Source: Cenococcum geophilum (taxonomy: Eukaryota). Taken from it: DNA of 64,000 nt. Location: contig CP158635.1 in the NCBI GenBank assembly GCA_050273025.1, positions 32,116,001 to 32,180,000 on the forward strand, given 5' to 3'. Shown one piece after another: positions 48,611 to 61,400 of this stretch. The notes beneath the pieces are model-generated. The model did no database searches. It saw only the letters and a program-made list of their open reading frames with translations, and was not told where the DNA came from. The translations under genes were made by a program, and so were the position numbers. Positions within the stretch are counted from its first letter, which is position 1; each line of letters begins with the position of its first letter.

Positions 48611-51385
48611 CTATCGAACTATATTCCCCTTCGCCTCCCCTACCTCCTCAAAACCCCTATACGGATGCAACCTTCTCTTAAACCCCATTTTCACCTTACT
48701 AACCCTTTTCATTGAATCCAGCGCCGTAGTCGGGAATCTCAAAACCGTCTCTCTGTACATTGTCTCTGTCGTCCAGTCATAACTGCATCCAATAGCGCGC
48801 TGCATGCCTCCCTCGGCGCCGGCGATGATGAAAGCGACCGGCGGGCGGGCAGCTTGGAAGAGGGTGACTGTCATATTGCCTGAGTCGACAAGGGTGAAAA
48901 TCTGGGACGTTTTAGTGTCATATTGTGATAGAGGAGAAAAAATTTGAGTGGAGATACCCTCTGCTCTCCCGGCATAGCATATTTCGCATTCTCGACCAAA
49001 GCTTTCGTTGCCGGGTCAGTGCACGGGTCAACGGCAATGCAGTCTCCGTGCTCATTTCGCCGATGTTGTGACAGTGGACTAGCATTAATGGACCACTTCA
49101 GTCTCCCTAGCCTAGCACCAAAGATCTGTCTCTCTATGGTATCGATATCCATATATCCCTCGAAGCCGAACAACCAAGGCTGCGTTTGCCAGAACTTGCC
49201 AAGGTACAGCAGACGAAGCAAGTATGGGTTCAATGCTAAAAGAATGAGCGAGTAGATAATCATCGGGATGCCGAACATGGGATAGATAGCACACAATATG
49301 ACAGCTATCCAAAAGACATAGCCACCTGTATGAATCAGCTTTGTAGAGACCCATCGCTTCCAACTGAAGATGTTTATCACAAGAACGGGACTGAAGCTCT
49401 TCCAGCGGACATTTGCAGCACGGCATCCATCAAGGATGATCGTGTCGTCGTGGCCAATGCCAGATATACTAATCATTTCGGGTAATATGTCCCAAAGCTT
49501 AGCATGATAGGCGTCGTCCATGTTGTACCAGGGCTGATTTGGATCCTTGGGAAGGACGCAGATGACTCGTTCTAGTAGTTGATCGCTGTTATTTGCAAGA
49601 GAAAGTCTGATGACTGTTAATGTGGACTTTCGCCCAAGTGATCGACAAGAGCAGTGGCTTACCGGGCGAAGGCCTGGAAATCCGAATCCGTAGGATCGAT
49701 CTTCGGACGGATGCGCAACAAACCCATCAAGGCGTAACTGTGATCACCAGGAAGATATTCGGTCGTCTGTCGATTGCGAAGGCATTCCAAGGCAACGGTG
49801 ACGAGCTCGAGCTGGTTTAATATGAGGTTTCCCTCATAATGGTCGATAAGCTGACGAGCGATCAAAGAGTCCCACTTCCAGACTCTAGCGGCAAATTGAT
49901 TCTTTGGGATGCTTTCCGGGCGTAGTAAGTCGGAGCCACGTGCGTATACTTTGATATCTTTCCCAGCAGGGCTCAGCAAAACCTCTGGAAACGTCCAAAC
50001 GCGTCGTCCGAATTGCTGCAACATGAGATCGGTCGTGCAGATGGCATGCGTATCGTTGGGACGTGAGACCGCAATTGCAAGGGAATGTGCGCCGCGAATA
50101 ACGTCACATATACGATATACCTAGTTCGGGTGAGTACATCATGAGGACGAATGTCTCGGTGGAATGAAGGGCATACATCATCTTCAAGGCTTTGTTTCTC
50201 AGGCATACAGGAACATCCAATCCAGTAAGCGTGCACTCCAGCATTGCGGGCGGCGGTATCAGCAATTTTGTGCAAGGCATAGAGGTCGTCGTTGGTAGTA
50301 AACTGCTCCGCCGTGTATGCCACCATGATATATGACAAATTACTCTCCGACTCATGCTGTGCACTCCATCTATATGTGCTTAGCATTGGATTCAATTTGC
50401 TGTGCAGACATACGTACTCTTCAACGTTCATTATGATGGCTGGCTCCCCAGGGTTGCTGAGGAAGCATAGATATCTTGGTCTCAATATTCGTTCCGAGAT
50501 TGGGTTTGTGCCGTTGAGCATTTGATTTCGTGACGCTTCATTCTCCGGCAGGTTCCGACACACTTTGGGGTATCCGACGGATATGTATGGAATTGGGTCG
50601 TAACTGCCGCTGTCCCTGCGATAAGTCCGAGCACCGAACGGTGTCCCGACCTGAAAAGTGTCAGTCACGTCATATGGAAGGGAAATGGACACTGAATCCA
50701 ATGTTAGGGATGAACGTACAACAAATGAAATGGCGATAGACGTTATGAACCACTTCCCAATCAAAAGTGGCCAATCATCCGAACTTGGTCCACCATATCT
50801 AGCGTAGTCAATATGGTTGAATGGCCAATTAGCCAGTCTCAGGTATAAAGGGCTGATGTTTCGAATAAATGTCCGTCTCCAAGTCGAGTTCGTGCTGTTA
50901 TCGTAGATGTCGTCTACGGCCTGCACCACAAGCTTGCTCACCTTGCCATCCCAGCTACTGATATATCGGTCATCGTATTCACCGACGAACTCACGGTCTA
51001 GGAAATCGACGTGACGGTACTTTCCAAGCTTCTCGTATGCAAGGCCAGGCTTCCTATAAAACCTTGGATGACCCCATTTAAAAATTGTGTAGGGGTCGAA
51101 AATATGAAAGTAACCTTTGAGGCTAACTGGCCCTTTGCGCTATGTGGTGTAGTGAGTAACTATTGAATGTCTAGATCTCCCCCGGGAATGGTAACATACC
51201 GCAATATTAACATATTGTCGTTCAGATTCGGGATCATTGTGAATTGCACGATCCCAATGGTGCTGAATCATGGCTGAAGTGCTTGGAGCGGTGCTTGGAG
51301 CGGTGCTTGGAGCGGTGCTTGGAGCGGTGGATGGAGCGGTGATTGGAAACTGGGCATGGTAATATGAGGGGCTAGAATGTGCCAT
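48611..51385 (-). CDS. Conserved fungal multi-exon protein with a HET-like central domain and predicted transmembrane segments
   Basis: ATG at 51385; intron 51199-51140 joins ...QYVNIA|RKGPVSLKG in frame. Further introns lie near 50717-50650, 50411-50370, 50165-50121, 49662-49606 and 48956-48900. Motifs: ILRPRYLCFL, MVAYTAEQF, AYWIGCSCM, DVYRICDVIRGA, RRVWTFPEVLL, HSYALMGLLR, FGFEGYMDI, EGGMQRAIGCSYDW. Stop at 48611. Confidence 0.85.
51279..51341 (-). repeat. 12-bp coding tandem repeat (TAPS)x5 in exon 1
   Basis: GTGCTTGGAGCG tandem units translate to TAPSTAPSTAPSTAPSTAPST. Confidence 0.9.
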
Positions 51386-52759
51386 CTTCAGCTCGGTCAC
51401 CGTCGATTAGCGAAAGCAGCCGAGTAGTAGCGTAACGAACCCTGCCCTATGGCTGGCCTGCTGAGGTGACACTACGTAGGGGGCTGTTGGTGCTTGTTGC
51501 GAATATACCTGATTGCATTTCTTTCTCAGCAAAGAACACTAGTATCAAGGAATCTGGAAGCTGTACCGGAGGGCGCTGAGCAAGGTGGCACTGCTGAAAC
51601 TGTGTGGGACGTTGCAGGTGCACAGTAGGCTGTTTGGATACAATGACGTTTGTCGAGGGTGCTGCAAATGGTGAGTTTGGATTGGGATTGAACCCTCCGC
51701 CACCACAGTGCCCTGGTTTATACTACCAACGTCAAGTTAGTCTATAGGTACAGCAATACATGAACGAGGGTAATCGCAAAGCCTTACCGAAGTTGACGGC
51801 GCGTTGGTAGAGGAAGCAGAAAAGGGCGTGCTCGTGTTGTTTGGGTTATAGCCACCGCCGTGATCTCTGAATGGCCGTTAGACGTATGCCTGTACAACGG
51901 TCTCAGCAGTGAATCGCATAGGTAGGCAAAAGCTCTTACCATACGTAGATGAAGAGCGTAGGAAAATAGATATTTAGATAAGCTCTGACCGGGCTCCTTA
52001 GTCGCAGTGTTTACCAAAGGTCAGCCATCCAATTTATATGCCAGCTACAACCTTCGGTACGAAGAAGGCAACCGAGAATAGGGGAACTTGGATCCCCTTG
52101 ATAGGGATATCTCGCGGTTCTGCCAAGATTCCTGAAACTTCGAGCAATACTTAGATTCGGTGAATTACGACGGTGCCAATTATTGAGTCGTCAGCCCTGC
52201 AAGGGTATACCCTACAAGCACAAGCCAAACATCAACACCCGAAGATGTCAGAATCAAACATCTTGAAGGACAACTAGCGGGGGTTTCTGTAAGATCAAGT
52301 ACGCCCTTCCAAAGTGGTCATCTGGTGTGAACAGAAATCCGTAGCTAAAATCAGAGAACAATTGATGAGTTTGCTACAATTGCAACCATTCCGAGGCCTG
52401 CAAGATCAAGTATAGCGCTCGTGGCATAAGCCGTCAAGCCCAGAGATGCCAGGAGTGGTGTTCTCGCCGGAGCGGTACAAGGCTGAACCCGCGACCCGCA
52501 GAAAGAATTGGCGGGCGCTTTGCGCGTGCATCGATCGGATTCTTCCGATTCTCAGCCTTGCGCCACCAGAAGCGCACACCCTTTTTTTTGCATAACACTA
52601 ATCTCCAGAATGCCGGACCCGGCGCCATATCGATAAAAGGCGCCCTCACCAAAACAGCTGACCGGTCAAGATAGGGGTCACCTGAGCCTCACGGTTCCCT
52701 CCACCCTCGCTTGAAGAAACAATGCCTCCTGAAATTGCTGCATACAGCTTGTAGGGCTC

Positions 52760-55700
52760 ACAGCTCGGCGTGGTCACGGAAAAGACTCGGCGTGGTCAGA
52801 AAGTTTAACGTGGTCAGAACTTGCAAACCAGCTTCGTAACTACGGTTAGCTTAAGACCACGCTGAGCCTATGCATATACAATGCACATACAATTTAAATA
52901 AAATAGGAAATATAAAGCCGTTTATCCTTAAATTATAAATATCCTAGTTTATAGTAGTGCATATACCGCGTATATACGCTAAACAATGGCCATATAAGGT
53001 AATGATAGTTAGTTATTAAAACATGGCCCGTATATACGCGTAGCATATCCACAACAACAGTTACACTATAACTTCTTCTCTATAATATTACAGCGTATGC
53101 CACAAGTATGTACAGCACAATATAGGCATAGGTCTTGCATATACTAATAGAAAGAATAAGGCGAATTCCTATTACTAATTTAACCATCACATACGCCGCG
53201 TATACGCTTACTATAAGCAATCTAATAATTACAGACTTTGATAACCCGCAGGTAGCCTCCACCGCTAACCCTTCTACCTTTAGCTATTACTATAGTAAGC
53301 ATATACAGAGTATATGCTTATACTATACTTATAAAGCCTTACAGGTCCAATTTTAAATCCTAATCCTAGTTAGGTAAAATCTGGTTAGTTATAGGATTGC
53401 ATATACACGGTATATACTTATAATAACTATAGCGCGCGCTGCAGTAGCTCTTGTTAGAGGAAGACGTAAATATATATAAAGCCGCATATCCGGTGTATAT
53501 ACTAACTATATATAACCCTAACTATTTTGGTCTAAGATAACGCAAGTATATACGGCTCTATATACTACGTAGGTATATACTAAGCGTATACTAAACCCAC
53601 CTAACGCCGCCTCTGTGCTCTCCTTAGTTAATACTATAGTATATATTACTTATTTACACCCTATACGTAGCATATACTAAGCCAAAGTTTAGGTATAATA
53701 TTGCAGTTAACGGTACGCAGATATGCGGCCGTGTCTTTACCGCTTAGCTAAGTATACATTTTATATATACGCAGCGCCTACGGCTCTACTAATACGGCTA
53801 TAGTATCGCCGGCATGTCTGTAATAAGCATAGCGGTGCTTATATATACTACTATATTATTATAGCAGCTCGGTATATGCTTACTATATATAGTAACCAAC
53901 CCGACTATTAATAACATATTAGTCGGAGAGCTGGTTATAGGCGAGAAGTATATACTATATATATGCAGCGTATATACAAGGCTAATATATTATAGTTCCC
54001 TAAAGCTATTCGTTCTCTTTAGTGGCTAGCAGGATATAAAATACCTGTATAAGCCCGGGTATATCTATACCTATACGTCGCATATACGTCGCTAATAGTG
54101 TCTATAGTCGTAGCCCCTCAGGTTCTAGGATCTTGGAGTATACAGATGCCTATATACTCTTTACGTATATTCACCCTATGCCGCGCATATGCTTAGCCTA
54201 AGCTAATTAAATGCAGTGCCTAGGACTAGGGGTTTACCACCCAATTTAGTAGGCAATTCTATTGCAAGGTAAGAGCACTAGTATTGCTTCTATATATACG
54301 CACCATACCCCAATATATATATCTATCTATCTATATACTTATTCCCCCTAAGTTTAATTTTAGACCTAAAGGTACTTATAGGCCTAAGGGTAGCGTGTAT
54401 AAGGAACAAGTACGGCTACTACTAGGGCTACTACCCGATTCCGAAACTAACGCTCTACTCTATATTTAGGAGACTACGGAGGTCGCTAACAAAAGTTCTT
54501 GCACCTTCCTAATTAGGAAAGTAATTTACTAACTCTCTTAGTATATTAATAAATATTTATTTATTTATTTATTTTTATATAAAATTCAATAAGCTTTATA
54601 TAAATTCTAGATCAAGATTATTATATAATTAATAGTATTGAAGTAGTTATTATAACTTAAAAATTATTATAATTTATTAGTGCTATAATTTACGCAGCTG
54701 GTATCACGGCTTACGTAGCAGTGCTAAAAATTACGCAGTTGTAGCGGGGTCATGTCTAAATTTACATAGGGTAGGCTGATAGCTGCGCACCCGTAATTAC
54801 GCGTGCGCAGTCGCATACTTTCCTAATTAGGAAGGTGCAAGAACTTTTGTTAGCGACCTCCGTAAAAAAGTTCAATTTGGCGTATCCCCTGCATATATAT
54901 TACTAAAACCACCACTTAGTTATATTGCTAGCTTATACGCACATACCCTACGTATATATAAACCCCTAATGTCTTTTACTAACTATAGGTTAATACGCGC
55001 TTATGCTAGGCGTATACTAATATAAGGGAAACAGCGCGTTAGCCCTACTACTCCCTCCACCAGCTTAAAGCGCAAGGTTAGTATTTTACCTATATATATT
55101 TAGTATACGCTAACCATATACGCAGCGCGGCCCGACCCCCCCAAACGACCGTAAGGAGTCCCCCTCGCCATCCATATGCCGCTAGAGCGGTAGGTTTACT
55201 TTACATATGTCCTATATATATACTACTAATATTTAGCATAGGGAGCAGAAAAACAATAGGCCGCTACCGTAGTAGTAGTAAGAGCTTCAGTAAGTTTAGT
55301 TTATTCTATTACGTATATTATACTTATACTTTACATAAGCTACTCCTATCGCGGGTAGAACCCGCCGCTCGTCCTATATTACTAGTTAAGTCCCAGTATA
55401 TACTAGGCCTACACACTATATACGTAATATATAATATACATAATTAGAGTTTAGGCAGAGTTTAGTAGATGGATAGGCTAGGCATATACCTAATATAGGG
55501 CGCGGGGCTATAGGCCTATATTAATTAATTCTTTATTTATAGTGATGGAACTTTATAATACTTACTCTACGTATACCGTGTATATACGCCCTATATACTA
55601 ATACTATACTCCTACACCCACTTCTTAAGCTCTACTAGCTCCTTCGCTTTATTATATATATCTTTAGCCTATTTTAATTTATTAATTTATCGCTCTATAT

Positions 55701-58428
55701 TTTCTACACAGAGTATATATGCCTCCTTCTTTATCTCCTCTATAGATAGGTTAGACCTATACCTTTTACCCATAGTCTAAGGCGTTTAACTTTTAAATAG
55801 TAGGGGTAATATCTACGCTATATATGCTATGGATACGCGTGACGTATCCGATACTAATATAATATTATTATCTGCTCTACTTATCTACAATATAGTCTAC
55901 CCACTAAATATAGTAGGTAATTCTATATTAGGTATATACTATAAATTAGGCTTAGGGGTATTAAATAGGTTCTAAGGATTCTAAGGAAGATTTAGTTTAG
56001 GATTTCTAGCTTATTACTTAGCTGCTTTCCGCTATTTCTAAGCTGCTTAAGCTTAGTATTTACTTTACATTTACAGCGTATATATATACTTTATTTCTAT
56101 AGCTATACTGCTATCCACTTTAAGTTACTATAATTTCTCCATATATTATCTATTCCTATCTCTTTATATAGCTCTTATAGGTTAAACATTTCTTATATAT
56201 AGAGTTTAAGCCTATACTAAAATATTAGAATATGCGGTATATATACAGAGCGTATATACTTACCGTATTACTATAGTAAGTATACATAAGTTTCGACCGG
56301 TAAAGTTATTATCTTAAAAGTAACTACTTTTATGTATATACCCACCACTTATAAGGGACATTTAACTTTTCCTTTACAAGCCCAACTAGTATCTATATTT
56401 TCTTCTCGTTGTTTATCTAAGATATAAGCTCTAGATATAGTATGTATATACTTTACATACGCTCCGTCAGTTTCTACTTTATCTCTGCTTTCTATATCTG
56501 CTCTATAATATATTTTACTTTATAAGTTAAAAAGCGCTTTATAAAGTTTTATTTAATATATACTTAGCAGAATACAAGTATATACTAAAGGTGTTTATCC
56601 CATTTACAGAATGGGTTAATTATATATAGGTAATCCCTAAAGCCTATATATTATTAGCATATACTAGGTATATACGCAGCGTATACTTACTACTAGCTTA
56701 TTTCTTACATATATTAACTATAGCCGTATAAAGTCCGGTTTTATAAATATGTGTAAATTATATAGATAATCGGGCAGCATTACTTAAAACCTTAAATACT
56801 AGCTAAAATATCTTTGCGTATACAGCATATGTTTCCAAGTTTAGAAATGCGTATACCTATACCTTAATTCCTATTATAGGTATTAGCCTATATATAGCAT
56901 ATATATAGTATAGGGTATATATACGTTTGGAATTCTTATCCTATCCCATAATTAAGAATAAAATTATTTTACCTTAAACCATTTTAAATAATAGGTCCAT
57001 TTTAATATATATTACGTGTTAGAATACCTTAGCTTACGCGTATATACAGTATATAATAAGGAAATGCTTATTATTAAAGTTATAAATTGCCCGAATCTAT
57101 TACTCTATATTCTCTTTATATTAGTTAATAGAGAACTCGCGTAGCACACCTGCTACGCTTAGGCTCTATATATACTTAGCGTGTGTCTAACCTATACTTA
57201 CCTGTATATACCATCCCCTCTAGAAATTATAGCATCCTTTCCTTTTAAATTAAAGCAGTAATTTAATCCTTAATATTAAGACTATTATACACTATACGTA
57301 GTGTCTGCGCCCTATACTTCTTACATAGAGTATAATACTATAGAGATAGGATAAATTGACCTATACTATAGTAAGTAGTTTTATTTATATATACTGTGTA
57401 TATACAGGGCATATATATAGTAAGGCTTAGGACTTCTACCTACCTTATTACTTTAACTATATTATTAGCAAGGTTAATTAGTAGCTTTATTAGGTATAGT
57501 GGATAATATATATAAGAATTCCGTGTAATAAGGCAAATGTAAGGATACTGTGCTATATTAACAGGAATATAGCAATTTAACCATACACCATATGTTTGGC
57601 TTACTACCCTACCTTAGCCTTACGGATAGTTAAACCCTAGTAGGCTTAGTATATACGTAGCGTATATATAGTATATACATTACCTACCACAATTTTTTTG
57701 CTTTAACGTTAAATGTCTAATATAGGTATATTCTTTTTTAAGTTTCTAAACCTTATATTTAACAAGTAGATATAGGTATTAAATATCTACCCTAGCAGTT
57801 ATTGATAATAAAGGCTAAGCAGTATACTATAGTTTAGTATTACTGCTGCTGGAATAACTAATAAACATTATCTATATATAATAAGTATATATTACGTATA
57901 CGCTGGCCATATGCGCACTCTATGTTAAGAAAATATTGTTAGTCTGCTTTTACTATATACACGTTCTTATATACTAAGATAGGTATACTACCGCCATAAT
58001 TATAGAATACCGTTATAGTAGCTGTATATTATAAGTATTTACCTAATATATATAGATAATGCTTACTTCTCTATACTTTGCTTAAGCTTTTTATTAACCT
58101 CTACTACTTAATATAGATAACTGCTACGCTTTTAGAGGTTATTAATTAATTTAAGCTTAACCCTATTATATGCGGGGTATATATAGAGGACATCCTTATA
58201 AGCGTGCTTATAGTGTTTAATACCGCTATATTTAAACGCTTAATAAAATACTTTTCTACTTTTCTAATTATTATTTTCTCTAAGGAGTTATAGTTGTGTA
58301 ACTTTAGGGTTACCAATTTTATAAAACGAAAATTAAATCTACTAGAGGTATAAGTATAACATATACCTAGCATATATATTATATACCTTTAATATATACT
58401 ATTTCTTTATCTATATCTGTAGATAGTA
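52760..58428 (-). mobile_element. Intron-rich Mutator-like (MULE-related DDE) DNA transposon, RIP-degraded and interrupted at 58429 by Gypsy A
   Basis: Minus-strand exons at ~58340-55950 read (RIP-corrected) QFSFYKIGNPK...CSGIKHC, VHNSLNIEDRITALI..ERML.FPEG...GV, YIEMDLSFKMV.G, TV.VD.CKKQA.GFGDYL, ILVFC.VH.KRNF. These give D, D and CxxH motifs of MULE-type transposases. The left border is uncertain; CGTGGTC repeats lie at 52768-52868. Confidence 0.7.
54477..54862. mobile_element. Tc1/mariner-type MITE (386 bp)
   Basis: Perfect 47-bp TIR CGGAGGTCGCTAACAAAAGTTCTTGCACCTTCCTAATTAGGAAAGTA with TA on both sides. Confidence 0.92.
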
Positions 58429-61400
58429 TATAACGGAACCTTGTAGCAAGTACTACAATAGGCTCGTTAATGGGCTAGGTGTGTAGGTAATATAAATTAA
58501 AGTTAATAACGTAATAATAACTAGTGGAGTAATTGCCCAATAGATTAACTCTAATTATATTCTAAGAATTACTATAAGGAAGGAACTATCTAGGTAGGGA
58601 CTAAAGGTCCTTAAATACATAACCGTACTCCTATAAAATCCTTCTTATACGTAATATACGTATACTCTATCTACTTTATTATAGATCCTATAGATTATAT
58701 AAATTATATAGATTATATTATGTGACCTTAGTTACTATTCCTCGTTATATAGTTCTATTGGCTCTATCCTAAACCGTGCCTAAATTAACTAACTAGCTTC
58801 TTCCGACTTCTCTCTAAGTAGTTATAATATTGTACTTAAAGCGTCTATAATACTATCTCCCTCCTCTCTATCTTTATCCTTAAAGATTTAAAACATCTCT
58901 AAGTTATTTACTAGAGGTATAATATCCGTTTAATTAATTTAGTTAATATTATTACTTATTATACCTAAAGCAATTTCTTTGTCTTCGACTGCTCGTCGTA
59001 CTCGCACTATTGCTGCGATATTATCTCTTAGTGAGATTATACTATCTCCGTGTTCTCGCTGTTTAAAAGAGGGGTTAGTTTATATTATATTAGCGAACCT
59101 ATCTTTACAATAACCGTTTTTTTATTTAAAGTATACTAAAGTAAATATTTATTTATCCTATAACGTTTACTCTATCTTTAATACTAAATATATATAACCT
59201 ATTACTCTTAATAGTCATCTAGTTCTCTAATTAATTTATCTTAGGGTTTTATATTTAATCTGCTACTATACGGCTAGATAATAAACTGTCTATTACTCTG
59301 GCGGAGTTGCGCTGTTCCTATAATACGAAATAAGAGGCTACCGATGCTTAATAATGGGCCCTTAAATCTTGTCTTACGGCGTTTACTCGGTTAATCCGTC
59401 TTAAGAAGGTCCGTAAGAAGGTCTGTTTTAAGAAGTAAAAACTTATAAAATAGGGTTTATAGGAACTTGGTAATAGAAAAACTAATTCTCTTTTAGCTAA
59501 GAAGGAAATAGATCTAAGTAGTTTAGTAACTACTCTTCTTAGGTCCCCCTTAGGTAACTTATTTTTTAATAATTTTTCTTTATTAATACTGCCTAACCTA
59601 ATCTCTTTTAATACTCCTATACCTTTCCTATAGCGTTTTTTAAATTCTCTAGTAGTTCCTAGGTAGTCTTAGTATAGCCTATCTACTTAACCTTATACTA
59701 TATTTTATTGTTAATATCCTTATAACTAATAATCTTTAAAACTTGCTATTTATTTTCTTCTTACCCTTTATATATATCTGCTTTATAAACTAGTAGCTTA
59801 ATATTCCTATATACTGGCTCTAGCATTATAATATACTGTATAGGGTAGATCTTTATCTTAGCTAGTAGGTCTAGCTTAAATATAACTAGTGAAATCCTCT
59901 ACGTAATTTTAAAAGGTCTTAGTCTGACGTAGTCCAACTTCTTACTTAGTTATTAACTTTTAAAATTTTTGTATAGTAGCCATACTTTATCTCCCTCCTT
60001 AAGATCTGGTCCCTTAGATCTCTTAGCATTATAGTACCTTTTTATTCTCTCTTATACTCTCTTTACTAATTCTATAAGGTCTATATAAAGATTTATTAAC
60101 GTCTTTATTCTTTTTTTAGCTTTACTACTTGTTTTTTTTAACTTACTATAGTAACAACGATATCCTTAGCTTATATCTATAATTTGCCTTAAATAGTAAT
60201 ATGCTTATTCCCTCTTAAGGTATTGCATTATATATAAACTATATAACTAGTAATAGCAATACTTAATTATTTTATACGTAATTAATATAATGCCTTAGAT
60301 ACTGCTCTAGTGTCTAATTTAATCTTTCTATTTAACTATCTGTCTGCAAATAATATGCGGTAAAAGTTACTGCTCTAACTCCTTATTCCGCTAAGAATAC
60401 CTCCTAAAATACTGCTACGAATCTTAGATCTCTGTCTAATATAATCTTACTTAGTGCTCTATATCTTATAAACACTTCCTTAATATAGATTCTAGCAATA
60501 TCCTCCGCTAAGATTTCTTCTATATACGCTATAAAGTATCCCTACTTTATAAGCTTGTCTACTATTACTAAGATTACGTTATAATCTTATCCAGTAATAG
60601 GATCTTTTAACTTTAGCAACTTAATAATAAAGTCCTATAATATGACCTCCTATGGTCTTTCTGGTATTTTAATAGGTTATAGCCCTCCATATAGCTTATA
60701 CCTTGTTAGTTTATTTCTCTAGCAATCTAGATATTTCTTTATAACTTTTTATACTAAGCCCTAGATTCTATTAATAATATACTCCTCTTAAAGTCTTAAT
60801 ACTAAGCCCGTAGCTTTATTGTGTCCTTAAGTTATTCCCTTATAGAAATCTTCTATAAATTGCTCTGCTATACTCTTTAGGATATACTTTACTTCTTAAT
60901 TTTCGTATATATCCATCTATAGATCTTCTAGCTATACTTTTAGAATTCTTTATACCTAAGAGCTTTCTAGTGACTTATAAACTCTATCTAGTTCTTTTTA
61001 AGTTGCTATAATTTTTAGATAATTATACCTAATCAGTCTATCTATATCTTTTTATAGTAAAGCCCCTAATAGCTTCTTATTGTTTTATAGTTTAGCCTTT
61101 TAACTTAGAGTATCTGCTTGTATGTTGTCTATACCCTTAGTATACTAAATCTTAAAATAGTATTCTGTAAGCATCTCTGCCTATCTAACCTATCTTTAGT
61201 TAAGTTCCTTTATTATTAAAAATCCTATTAGGTTCTTATAATCTGTCTTAACTATAAATAGTTTCTCTATACCTTATAAAAATGCTCTCTATTCCTTTAG
61301 TGCTATAACTATACCTAATAACTCCTTGTTATAGATGTTATAGTTTAACTCTAGTAGTGTTATCTTCCGACTATAGTATACTACTATGTGCTATCTATTT

